Origin: a bacterium
Lineage (GTDB): Bacteria > Chloroflexota > Anaerolineae > Epilineales > Epilineaceae
Reading direction: 5' to 3'
DNA: 60,942 bases
Assembly: GCA_003576755.1 (NCBI GenBank)
Contig: QEVT01000003.1
Coordinates: 1 to 60,942, forward strand
The notes under the pieces: generated by a model
Database searches by the model: none
Told to the model about the DNA's origin: nothing
What the model saw: only the letters and a program-made list of their open reading frames with translations
Made by a program: the position numbers and the translations under genes
Part shown: positions 29,411 to 39,400 of the stretch, one piece after another
Layout: every line of letters starts with the position of its first letter
Numbering within the stretch: the stretch's first letter is position 1

Positions 29411-30757
29411 TCATCCACCTGTCTTTGGGGTCGGGGTCGCCGAGTCCCGTGCCTCGGCCGCCGCGGCGCGTTGGATCCATGGGCCGTCGGCCATCCAGCC
29501 CTCGACCGCGCTGCCGTCGGGGAGCACGGCACGAACCCGCAGCCAGTCGCCCTCGGCACCCAGGACCCACACGCGCGTGCCTCGGACCGCGACGCCGAAC
29601 GCCGCCTCGGCGGTCGACGGCGCCCGTCGGATCCAGGCGTTGCCGGCCATGACGCCTTCGGACGGGGCTGGGGTGGCGCCGGCCATCGGCGTCGACCGCG
29701 GCGTGGGGACGCTCGTCGCCATGACCACCGGCGGTGCGGCCGTCGGCGGGGCGGTCGCCGCGGGCGCTCGCCAGGCGCGCCACAACCAGCCGGCCACGAG
29801 CACGGCGCCGACGACGACGGCGAGGCCCGCGGCGCCGATGCCCGCCAGCAAGAGCTTCTGCGCGCGCCCCAGCGGCCTGGGCTGGCCGATGACGAGCATC
29901 TCGCCGAGCAGCGGTCCCGCCGGCGCCAGCACCGTCGCATCGCCTTCGTAGTCCTCGAGCGTGGCCCGGAAGCGACGCTCGATCTGCGCCAGGCGGTCGC
30001 GCATCGCCGGCCGGAGCTCGGGCGGCTCGATGCCGTCGACGATGACGGCGAGGTACGCCAGCCGCCCCCCCTCGAGCAAGATGCGCTGCTGACCGTGCTG
30101 GATCTCCTCGAGCTCGTCGCCGGCCTGCCCGGGCAACGTCGTGGCGGCGAAGTCGCGAATCGCCGTGAGCATGCCGCTGACCACGTCGGCATCGCCGTCG
30201 ATGCCGCCCGAGCCGCGGGGACGGCGCGTGACGTGGTGCAGGAGCAGCCCGGTGGCGCGGTGGATGAGGAGGACGTCCTCGACCTCGAACGGCAGCATCG
30301 CGCGCAGCACCGTGGCATCGCCGGGCGCCCCGCCCAGCCGCGCCCGGAGGCGCCACCACGCCAGCCGGGGGTTCAACCCTCCCCGCATCCGCGCGTCGAC
30401 CTGCCGTGCCAGGTCGCGCATGGCCTCGGCGACGGCACGCCCGATGAGGGCGCCGATGATCGGATAGAGGGCCTCGACCATCTCCTCGCGCGCCTCGCGG
30501 ATCTGCCGGCCGATCGCCGCTTGCATCAACGGCGCGATGGCGTCCATGAGGGCGGTGTCGTCGCCGAGGCGGGACTCGATGGTGTCGACGCGCGCGGTCA
30601 GGTCGGTGACGACGCTGCGCTCGGGGCCGACGAGGATCTGGCGGAGGCTCTCGATGGCGAGATCCTGCGCCGGATCTGGCGGAGGCACGCCGGCCGCCGC
30701 GATGGACACGGCCCCGGGCGGCGACGCGTCCACGCCCGGCCCGGCGCCATCGATCAC
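29411..30757 (-). CDS. Single-pass membrane protein: helical region, putative longin-like domain, TM helix, extracellular SH3b
   Basis: 'IESLRQILVGPE', 'VLLIHRATGLLL...SGMLTAIRDF...ILLEGGRLAYLAVIVDG', TM 'LLLAGIGAAGLAVVVGAVLVAGWLW', 'IRRAPS...GDWLRV...EGWM'. Confidence 0.75.
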   Translation of the reverse strand: MIDGAGPGVDASPPGAVSIAAAGVPPPDPAQDLAIESLRQILVGPERSVVTDLTARVDTIESRLGDDTALMDAIAPLMQAAIGRQIREAREEMVEALYPIIGALIGRAVAEAMRDLARQVDARMRGGLNPRLAWWRLRARLGGAPGDATVLRAMLPFEVEDVLLIHRATGLLLHHVTRRPRGSGGIDGDADVVSGMLTAIRDFAATTLPGQAGDELEEIQHGQQRILLEGGRLAYLAVIVDGIEPPELRPAMRDRLAQIERRFRATLEDYEGDATVLAPAGPLLGEMLVIGQPRPLGRAQKLLLAGIGAAGLAVVVGAVLVAGWLWRAWRAPAATAPPTAAPPVVMATSVPTPRSTPMAGATPAPSEGVMAGNAWIRRAPSTAEAAFGVAVRGTRVWVLGAEGDWLRVRAVLPDGSAVEGWMADGPWIQRAAAAEARDSATPTPKTGG

Positions 30758-31182
30758 CGCGGCGCCGCCTGGTCGGAGGGTTGCGCCTGGATGAGCTGGC
30801 TCAGCCCGGCGAGCACGCCCGGCGCGGTCGCGCCCTGCTTGAGCTGCGTCCCGAGCTGGACCAGCAGGTCGCCGAGGTTGAGGCGATCGACCTTCTCGGC
30901 CGTCAGCTTCTCGGTCGACTGCCGCAACTCCGCCCGCAGCCGCTCGTCATCCTCGCGCGCCTCGGCGCGAAGCGCCTGCACGCGCCGGGCGGTGTCGGCC
31001 TCGAGCTCGGCGTGCGCTGTCCGCAGGCGTTCCAGCTGCTGCTGGAGGCGCTCGACGTCGGCCAGCAAGTTCTGGAACCGCTGGTCGTAATCCCGCATCT
31101 GCGGCCCGAAGATGATGTCACGGATCCGCTCGACGTCCGGGTCGGCCGCGGGCACCCCCGGGTCGTTGCCGCGTGCTGCCAT
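30754..31182 (-). CDS. Small coiled-coil protein
   Basis: 'VERIRDIIFGPQMRDYDQRF' then heptad-rich helix, 'KVDRLNLGDLL'; GTGA overlap with next gene. Confidence 0.8.
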   Translation of the reverse strand: MAARGNDPGVPAADPDVERIRDIIFGPQMRDYDQRFQNLLADVERLQQQLERLRTAHAELEADTARRVQALRAEAREDDERLRAELRQSTEKLTAEKVDRLNLGDLLVQLGTQLKQGATAPGVLAGLSQLIQAQPSDQAAPR

Positions 31183-31307
31183 GTCCCCCCCTGTGGTCAT
31201 CGTGCAGGCGATGGCGGTGGTTCGCGCCGACGCCGGCCGCACGCCGAAAGGTGCTCTGTACGGGCAGGCGCCGCGCAGGTCGGCGCGCGCACAACGTCGG
31301 CGTGCGT

Positions 31308-31349
31308 ATTGTACACCAGCTTGGCCGGGCGGCATCGCCACCCCATAAT
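31308..31349. promoter_or_regulatory. Divergent -10 elements (TACAAT minus 31308-31313; CATAAT plus 31344-31349)
   Basis: AT-rich hexamers in an otherwise GC-rich divergent intergenic region. Confidence 0.5.
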
Positions 31350-31356
31350 ACCCGGC

Positions 31357-32703
31357 ATGGGCCACCTTCCCCACGCCGCCGCGGGTGTCGACGGGTGTCG
31401 GGCGCGCGCAGCCGCGACCCCGGAGCCGCGCAGCTTCGCGCCGCCGTCGGCGGGCGCGCCGCTGGGGCTCTACGTGCACATCCCGTTCTGCGCCCGCAAG
31501 TGCCCGTACTGCGACTTCAACACGTACGCCGACCTCGACGACGTGTTCGAGGCCTACGTGGCGGCGCTGTGCCGCGAGATCGCGGCATGGGCTCCGCGGC
31601 TGGCGGGCCGCACCGTGGACACGGTCTTCGTCGGCGGCGGCACGCCGACCGTGCTCACGCTCGACCAGCTCGCGCGCGTCCTCGGCACGGCGCGCCGGTC
31701 GTTCGCCATCGCCGCCGATGCCGAGGTCACCTGCGAGGCCAACCCGGGCACCGTCGACCGCGACCGGTTCGCCGGGCTGCGCGATCTCGGGGTCAACCGC
31801 CTCAGCATGGGCGTGCAGAGCTTCCACGACGACGAGCTGCGGTTCCTCGGCCGAGTCCACGGCGTCGACGACGTCTACCGCGCCTTCGGCGCCGCCAGGG
31901 CGGCGGGGTTCGACAACGTCAACCTCGACTTCATGTTCGGCCTGCCCGAGCAGTCGCCGCAGGCGTGGGCGAGGACGCTCGACGCGGCGCTCGCGCTCGC
32001 GCCCGAACACCTCAGCCTCTACAGCTTGATCGTGGAACCCAACACGCCGCTGCACGGCTGGGTGCAGACCGGGCGGGTGGCGGCGCCCGACGACGACGCC
32101 GCCGCCGAGCTCTACGAGCACGCGCTCGACCGGCTTGGCGGAGCAGGCTATCGACACTACGAGGTGTCGAACTGGGCCCGGGGCGAGCCGGCGCCGGCCG
32201 CGGGCCGGGGGGCGCAAGCCGGCGCGGTGGCCGAGGACGGGGCCGGCGAGCCGACCCGCGGCGTCATGCCGCGCCTGGCTTGCCGGCACAACCTCGTCTA
32301 CTGGCGCAACCAGGAGTATCTCGGCGTCGGCCCCGGCGCCCACAGCCACCTGCGGTCACCGGCGCCGGGCGGCAGTGCGGACCGCCGCTGGGGCAACCTC
32401 CGCCCGGTCCCGGCCTACATCCGGCGCGTGACGGACGGCATGCCGCTCGAGGCGTTCAGCGAGGACGTCGATGCCGCGACGGCCATGGGCGAGACGATGA
32501 TGCTCGGCCTGCGCCTGGTCGACGAAGGCGTGGGGTTCGACCGCTTCGCGGCACTGCACGGCCGGGATCTGCGGGTGGTCTTCGCCGAACCGCTCCGCGA
32601 TCTCGAGGACTGGGAGCTCGTCGAGCGCGACGCAGGCTGCGTCCGCCTGACGCCCCGCGGGCTGATGGTCGGCAACCGGGTGTTCGAGCGGTTCTTGCCG
32701 TGA
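31357..32703 (+). CDS. hemW: Radical SAM heme chaperone HemW (HemN-like)
   Basis: LYVHIPFCARKCPYCDF, GGGTPT, YEVSNW, HNLVYW. Confidence 0.9.
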   Translation: MGHLPHAAAGVDGCRARAAATPEPRSFAPPSAGAPLGLYVHIPFCARKCPYCDFNTYADLDDVFEAYVAALCREIAAWAPRLAGRTVDTVFVGGGTPTVLTLDQLARVLGTARRSFAIAADAEVTCEANPGTVDRDRFAGLRDLGVNRLSMGVQSFHDDELRFLGRVHGVDDVYRAFGAARAAGFDNVNLDFMFGLPEQSPQAWARTLDAALALAPEHLSLYSLIVEPNTPLHGWVQTGRVAAPDDDAAAELYEHALDRLGGAGYRHYEVSNWARGEPAPAAGRGAQAGAVAEDGAGEPTRGVMPRLACRHNLVYWRNQEYLGVGPGAHSHLRSPAPGGSADRRWGNLRPVPAYIRRVTDGMPLEAFSEDVDAATAMGETMMLGLRLVDEGVGFDRFAALHGRDLRVVFAEPLRDLEDWELVERDAGCVRLTPRGLMVGNRVFERFLP

Positions 32704-32808
32704 TCGCGGCGCCGCCGCGGTCGGACGGCCCGTGGGCCGAGCGTCGTGCCCGCCGCCCCGCCGTCTCGCACGTGAGCGTCGTGCGGAACCTCCGCACCCG
32801 CCGCGGCC

Positions 32809-33411
32809 TCAACCGAGCAGCGACCGGCTCCGATCGACCTCGCGGCGAACGAGGTCGACCATGCGGCCGAGGTGGTCGCGGTCGACCAGGACGACGGGAT
32901 AGCGGGCGCGGGCGGCCTGCGCCACGGCCGCAGGGGTAAAGTACGACTGCGTGACCACCGCCGCGACATGGCAGCCGTAGTAGTCGCAGCCCGCCAGCAC
33001 CTGCTGCACGGCCGCGTTGCCGACGTGGCCCTCGTAGCGCTTGGTCTGCACGCCGACGGGCACGCCCTGCACGACGGCGACCACGTCGACCCCGAAATCG
33101 CCGCGGTCGCGGATGTTCCGGCAGCGATGGCCGTCGGCCTGGAACATGGCGATGGCCCACCGTTCGAACGCGAACCCGTCCATGGCGTCGATCTCGGCCA
33201 ACCCGACGCGGGGGCGGGCGCGCTTGATGCGCTCGAGGTACAGGATCAGCCAGCCCAGGAAGAACGCCAGCGTCAACAGGAACGCCAGGCCACTGTCGCG
33301 CCGGTGGTCGGGCCAGGCCCGGGCGGCCGTCGCCGCGGCGATGGCGAGGACGAGCCAGGGGATGGGGGACAACAGCCCGGCTTCGATGAGGTGTTTGAGG
33401 CGGGACGCCAT
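32809..33411 (-). CDS. Mrr-type restriction endonuclease catalytic domain with two N-terminal TM helices
   Basis: 'MDGFAFE', 'GDFGVDVVA', 'VQTKRY', 'AVQQV', 'VVTQSYFT..A', 'LVDRDHL'. Confidence 0.82.
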   Translation of the reverse strand: MASRLKHLIEAGLLSPIPWLVLAIAAATAARAWPDHRRDSGLAFLLTLAFFLGWLILYLERIKRARPRVGLAEIDAMDGFAFERWAIAMFQADGHRCRNIRDRGDFGVDVVAVVQGVPVGVQTKRYEGHVGNAAVQQVLAGCDYYGCHVAAVVTQSYFTPAAVAQAARARYPVVLVDRDHLGRMVDLVRREVDRSRSLLG

Positions 33412-33593
33412 GGGGCGATTGTATGGACGGCCGCCCACGTGTCCAAGCACGGTCGTGGGGCCGCGCGATGCGCGGATCGCGGGGCGCCTGGCCGCTTGTC
33501 GGCACCCACCCGGCGCCCACCCGGCGGGCAGCCGCGCCGCGCCGGCGGACGAACGCCCTGAGCAGCGACCGCCTTACCGCTTATAATAGCCGC

Positions 33594-36332
33594 ATGCTCC
33601 CGACGCGCTTCCGCCGCTCCTCCAACCATCGCCCGCGCCTTTGCCGCCGGCGGGTGCGGATCGCGGGCATCGCCGTCGTCGCCGGAGTCGTGGCGCTCGC
33701 CGTCGCCGCCCGGTGGCTCGTCGCCGACCTCCCCGCCCCGGGGGCCCTGGTCACCCGCGGCTCGCCCGACACCACCAAGATCTACGACCGCCACGGCACG
33801 CTGCTCTTCGAGGTGCTCGACCCGCACGCCGGGCGGCGGACGCGCGTGGCCTTGGAAGACCTGCCCCCGCACGTGGTGGGCGCCGTCATCGCGGTCGAAG
33901 ACGCCGGGTACTACCGGCACCCCGGCGTCGACGTGCGTGGCGTGGCCCGCGCGGCGTGGCATCTGCTGCGGCACCGCCGGATCGTCTCGGGCGGGAGCAC
34001 CATCACCCAACAGCTTGCGCGCGAGCTGTTGATGGACCCGGCCGAGCAGTCGGAGCGCTCGGCCCGGCGCAAGGCACGCGAGATGGTGCTGGCGCTGCGC
34101 ATCACACGCGCCTTCGACAAGGATGCGATTCTTGAGATGTACCTCAACGAGGTGTACTTCGGCCAGCTCGCGTACGGCATCGAGGCGGCGGCGGCGACCT
34201 ATTTCGGCAAGCCCGCCCGCGAGCTCGACCTCGCCGAGGCCGCGCTCTTGGCCGGCCTGATCCAGTCGCCGGCAGCCTACAACCCGCTCGTCGACGTCGA
34301 CGCGGCGCGCGCGCGCCAGCGCGTCGTGCTCGACCTGATGGTCAGGCACGGCCGGGCCGGACGCGAGGCAGCACACCTGGCTGCGGCCGAGCCGCTGCGG
34401 TTCACGGGGGACGGGGCGCCGCTCGTGGCGCCGCACTTCGTCACGTGGGTGCGCGAACAGCTCGAGGCGCGGTACGGCCCCCAGGCCGTGCACGCGGGCG
34501 GCCTGCACGTCGTCACGTCGCTCGACCTCGACCTGCAGCGGCGGGCCGAGGCCATCGTCGCCACCCGGATGGCCGAGCTGCAGCGGCCGGCGCCCGGCAA
34601 GCCCGACCACCACGCGTCGAGCGCCGCCCTGGTCGCCCTCGACCCCTCCTCGGGGCAGGTGTGGGCGATGGTCGGCAGCGCCGACTACGGCGACGCCGCG
34701 ATCGACGGCGCGGTCAACGTCGCGCTGGCGCGCCGCCAGCCCGGCTCGTCGATCAAGCCCATCACGTACGCGGCCGCCTTCGGTGCGAGGCGGCCGGACG
34801 CGGCGGATCGCGGCGGAGACGCGGGCAGCGTCCCCGACGACCGGGGGGGCGGCGCCGCAGGCCCGGACACGGCGGCCGACCCCCTCCCCTTCACACCGGC
34901 CACCGTCCTCTCCGACGTGCCGACCGCATTCCTGACCCGCGAGGGCGAGCCGTACCAACCGATGAACTACGACCGGATGTGGCACGGCCCGATCAGCCTG
35001 CGCCGTGCGCTGGCCACGTCGTCGAACCTGGTCGCGGTCAAGGTCCTGGACGCCGTCGGGCTCGAGGCCACGATCGACACGGCCGAGGCGCTCGGCATCA
35101 CCACGCTCGGCGACCGCGACCGCTATGGCCTGGCCCTGACGCTCGGCGGCGGCGAGGTCCGCCTGATCGAGCTGACGGCCGCCTTCGGGGGGCTTGCCAA
35201 CGGCGGGCGCCGCGTCATGCCCAACCCCATCCTCGCCGTGCTGGACGCCGAGGGCTTCCGTCGCGCACGGGCGGACGGAGGCGCCGGGCTGGCCGCGCTG
35301 GCGAACGTCCGGACCATCGGCGATGCACCGGTCGTCGACCCGCGCGTCGCCTGGCTGGTCACCGACATCCTGGCCGACGACCAGGCGCGGCTGCCGGCGT
35401 TCGGCGAGGGCAGCGTGCTGGCCATCGGCCGGCCGGCGGCGGCCAAGACCGGCACGACGACCGACTTTCGCGACAACTGGACCGTCGGGTACACGCCCGA
35501 CCTGGCCGTCGGCGTGTGGGTCGGCAACGCCGACAACAGCCCCATGGCGTACATCAGCGGCATCACCGGCGCGGGCCCGATCTGGCACGACGTCATGCAG
35601 GCCGCGCACCGCGGCCGCCCCGCCCGACCGTTCGTCCGGCCCGACGGCCTCGTGCGCGTCGAGGTGTGCACGACCAGCGGTCGCCTGCCGACAAGCGCCT
35701 GCCAGCGGCGCGCGCCCGAGTGGTTCATCGCGGGTACCGAGCCGCGCACCTTCGACACCTCCTACCGATCCGTCGCGATCGACGCCGCCACCGGGCTGGC
35801 ATGGGCCGCGGGCTGTGCCGGCCCGCGCGTCGAGCGGGTCTTCCGAAGCCTGCCGCCGGACGCTCAGGACTGGGGGCGCCAGGCCGGCATCCGCCCGCCG
35901 CCGGACGAGACATGCCTCGGGCAGGCGGTGGCCGAGGCGAGCGTGGACATCGGGCGCGGAGCCGGCCCCCGGTTCGGCGACGACGCCGGCGACCCGGATC
36001 GCGACACCGGCGCCGCGCCGGCCCTCGTCGTGACCCGGCCGGCGCCCCGCAGCACGTTCGCGCTGACCGCGCAGCTCCCGGGACGGTTCCAGCGGATCGA
36101 GCTGGCCGCTCGCCCCGACCGCGCCGTGCGCCTGCGTCACGTCGAGCTGTGGGTCGACGGGCGGCCCATCGCCACGGTGCGCCGCCCTCCGTACCGCGCG
36201 TTGTGGCCGCTCGCCCTGGGCGACCACACCGTGGAGGCCGTCGGGACGACGCTCGACGGGCGGCAAGTGCGCAGCGCGGCGGTCGAGATCACCGTGCATC
36301 CCGATGCCATCGCTCAGGCTGCGCCACCGTGA
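33594..36332 (+). CDS. pbpC: Penicillin-binding protein 1C-like (transglycosylase + transpeptidase + C-terminal Ig)
   Basis: VEDAGYYRH, GGSTITQQL, RKARE; SSIK (SxxK), SSN, KTG; directly upstream of alpha-2-macroglobulin; TATAAT at 33582-33587. Confidence 0.88.
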   Translation: MLPTRFRRSSNHRPRLCRRRVRIAGIAVVAGVVALAVAARWLVADLPAPGALVTRGSPDTTKIYDRHGTLLFEVLDPHAGRRTRVALEDLPPHVVGAVIAVEDAGYYRHPGVDVRGVARAAWHLLRHRRIVSGGSTITQQLARELLMDPAEQSERSARRKAREMVLALRITRAFDKDAILEMYLNEVYFGQLAYGIEAAAATYFGKPARELDLAEAALLAGLIQSPAAYNPLVDVDAARARQRVVLDLMVRHGRAGREAAHLAAAEPLRFTGDGAPLVAPHFVTWVREQLEARYGPQAVHAGGLHVVTSLDLDLQRRAEAIVATRMAELQRPAPGKPDHHASSAALVALDPSSGQVWAMVGSADYGDAAIDGAVNVALARRQPGSSIKPITYAAAFGARRPDAADRGGDAGSVPDDRGGGAAGPDTAADPLPFTPATVLSDVPTAFLTREGEPYQPMNYDRMWHGPISLRRALATSSNLVAVKVLDAVGLEATIDTAEALGITTLGDRDRYGLALTLGGGEVRLIELTAAFGGLANGGRRVMPNPILAVLDAEGFRRARADGGAGLAALANVRTIGDAPVVDPRVAWLVTDILADDQARLPAFGEGSVLAIGRPAAAKTGTTTDFRDNWTVGYTPDLAVGVWVGNADNSPMAYISGITGAGPIWHDVMQAAHRGRPARPFVRPDGLVRVEVCTTSGRLPTSACQRRAPEWFIAGTEPRTFDTSYRSVAIDAATGLAWAAGCAGPRVERVFRSLPPDAQDWGRQAGIRPPPDETCLGQAVAEASVDIGRGAGPRFGDDAGDPDRDTGAAPALVVTRPAPRSTFALTAQLPGRFQRIELAARPDRAVRLRHVELWVDGRPIATVRRPPYRALWPLALGDHTVEAVGTTLDGRQVRSAAVEITVHPDAIAQAAPP

Positions 36333-36448
36333 CGCCCCGGATCACGGGTCGCGCGCGCGACCCCGACCCCGGCTGCCCCCGGCCCGTACCGCCAGGTCCA
36401 GACCGCCCCACGCGGCCGCCGCCCGGCCACCCACGAGGAGAGGACGCC

Positions 36449-39400
36449 ATGAACATCCAGCCCAGCCGAACGCCCGGCCTCCCCGGCCGCCCCTTCCGCG
36501 GTCTCGCGCTCGCCGCCGCGCTCGCGGCCATCCTCGCCCCGCTGGCGGCGTGCGGGCCGAAGGCGCGCGTCAACGAGTCGACGCTCCCGGTCGATGCCGA
36601 CGGGGTCATGATCGCCAGCCGGCCCGACCTTCCGGAGCGCGGCGTGGGCGTGGCGTCATTGGCCGTGTTCCCGCAGGTCGACACCCCGCTGGCGGTCACG
36701 CAGACCCAGCCCGAGGATGGCGCGGACGGCGTCGCGGGCGGCAAGGACGAAGCGCGCATCGTCGTGCAGTTCAACCACCCCGTCGTCCCGCTGGTGTCGG
36801 TCGACGACCAGGCCGGCCTGCCCGCGGCCGCGACGGTCACGCCGGCCATCGCCGGCAAGGGCGAGTGGCTCAACACGTCGACGTGGATCCTGACGCCGGA
36901 CGGCGACCTGCCGCCCGCGACGCGGTTCACGGTGTCGGTCGACGCGGACCTGACCGACATCCTGGGCGGCAAGCTCGCCGAGCCCGTCCGGTTCAGCTTC
37001 GTCACCGCCGCCCCGGCCGTCGTGCGGACGTACCCCGAGGACGGCAGCGTCGATGCCGGGGCCACACAGCCCATCACGGTCACGTTCAGCCAGGCGATGG
37101 ACCGGGCCTCGGCCGAGGGAGCGTTCCGCGTGCATCCGGCCGACCGGCCCGGCGAGACCGTGCCGGGCACGTTCCGATGGTCGGGCAACGACATGGGCTT
37201 CCTGCCGGGCCGCGCCCTGGCGCGCGGCGCCGCGCACGTGGCCACCGTCGCCGCCGGCGCCCGCGCGGCCACCGGCGAGGCCGGCCTGGCCGCGGACCAC
37301 GCGTGGCGCTTCACGACCGCGCCGCTGCCCGTCCTGGTCCGGACCACCCCGGCGGACGGCACCCAGAAGTCGCCCCACCTTCGCCACGAGTCGCTCAAGC
37401 TCGTCTTCAACACCCCGATGCGCACCGACGGCGTCACGGTCACGGTGCAGCCGACGATCACCAACCTCTCGGTCTACGCCTACGACGGCCGGGAAGCCTC
37501 GGTCAACGGGGGCTGGCTGGCCTCCACCGCCTACACCGTGACGGTCAAGGCCGAGTCGGAATCACGCTTCGGCGACGCGCTCGGCGAGGACCGCGTGATC
37601 CGGTTCACCACCGCCGAGATCGAGCCGTCGCTGTGGCTCAAGTCCACCGGGCGGTTCAGCGTCTACGACGCCGCGCGCCCGCCGCTGGCCTTCGTCGATG
37701 CCATCAACGTCGAAGCGGCCGATGTCGCCGTGTACAACGTCGACCGCGCGGCCTTCCTCCGGATGACGACGACCTCGGACCGCTGGAGCGCCTGGGACTC
37801 GTATCGGCCCGCCGAGGGCAACCTCGTCCGCCGGTGGACGGCGAGCACGCAGGCGCCGCTCGACACGGCGCGGCGCATCTCGGTGACGCTCGGCGCGGGC
37901 GCCGGCGGCGCCATCGAGCCGGGGCTGTACTACGTCCGGGTCACGTCCGACGCCGCGGCGGACCGCGACAACCGCATGATCTTCCTGGCCACCGCCGTCA
38001 ACCTGACCATCAAGCACAGCTGGGACGAGATCCTGGTGTGGGCGACCGACCTGCGCACCGGCAAGCCGGTGGCCGGCCTGCCGATCGACCTGTACGACCA
38101 GGACACCGAGCCGCTCGCCAGCGGCCGGACCGACCGCGACGGCGTGTACCGCGCCGGGGTGTCGGAGAAGGACGGCGACGCCGCGCTCGTCGCCGTCAGC
38201 GAGTCGGGCGGCCGCATCGTGGCCGCCGCCAGCGCCGAGTGGACCGAAGGGATCGACCCGTGGGCGTTCAACCTGCCCTACAGCGGCTACCGCCAGCCCC
38301 GCTACGCCGCGCTCTACACCGACCGGCCGATCTACCGCACCGGCCAGACCATCTACTACCGCGGCGTCGTGCGCGACGACGATGACGCCGTCTACGCGCT
38401 GCCGAACGTCGACGAGGTGTTCGTGACGGTGCGCGACCCGAACTACGAGGAGGTGCTCAAGACGACGCTGCGCGTCGGGGACTTCGGCACGGTGGCCGGC
38501 GAGATCCCGCTGGCGCCCGGCGCGCGGCTGGGGGCCTACACCATCGACATGGCGGTGCGCCGGGACGACGACCCCGAGGCGTACGACAGCATCGCCAGCG
38601 TCTCGTTCACGGTCGCGGCGTACCGCAAGCCCGAGTTCCAGGTGACCGTGTCGACCGACCAGCCCGACTACGCCAACGGCGAGACCGTCAAGGTCACGGC
38701 CGACGCCGCCTACTTCTTCGGCGGGCCCGTGGCGGGCGCCGCGGTCCAGTGGCGGCTCTTGACCGACGACTACTTCTTCAACCCGCCCGACGTCGAGGGT
38801 TGGTGGGACTGGATCGACTACGACCTGACCGAGCAGCGCTACTACGACGCCCAGGGCGAGGTGGTGCGCGAGGGCGAGGGCACGCTCGATGCCGACGGCA
38901 AGCTGACGTTCGAGATCCCGGCCGACCTCGGCGAGGCGCCGCTCAGCCAGGTGTTCACCATCGACGTCGAGATCACCGACATCAACCACCAGGCCGTGGC
39001 GGGGCGGACGAGCGCGGTGGTCCACAAGGGCAACGTGTACGTCGGGCTGCGGCCCGCGCGCTACGTCAGCGGGCGCGGCGAGCCGGCAGCCTTCGACGTC
39101 CTGGCCGTCGACCCCGACGGCCGGCCGGTGCCCGGCCAGGCCGTCGACCTCGCGTTCCAGCAGCGCACGTGGTACAGCGTCAAGGAGAAGCGCGAGAACG
39201 GCGAGTTCTACTGGACCAGCGCCTACACCGACACGCTGGTCTCCGAGGCCACCGTGACCACCGACGACGACGGCGCGGCGACGGCGTCGTTCACCCCAGC
39301 GGAGGGCGGCGTGCACCGGCTGGTCGCGGTCGCGCGCGACGCCGCCGGCAACGAGGTCCGGAGCGCCACCTACGCGTGGATCACCAGCGGCCGCTTCGTC

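Noticed and set aside
31357-32703. Annotation as coproporphyrinogen III oxidase HemN
   Set aside because: CPYCDF and HNxxYW motifs indicate the heme chaperone HemW
34445-36448. Apparent 2599-aa ORF fusing upstream sequence to alpha-2-macroglobulin
   Set aside because: The upstream part is an off-frame overlap of pbpC; the real start with SD and lipobox is at 36449
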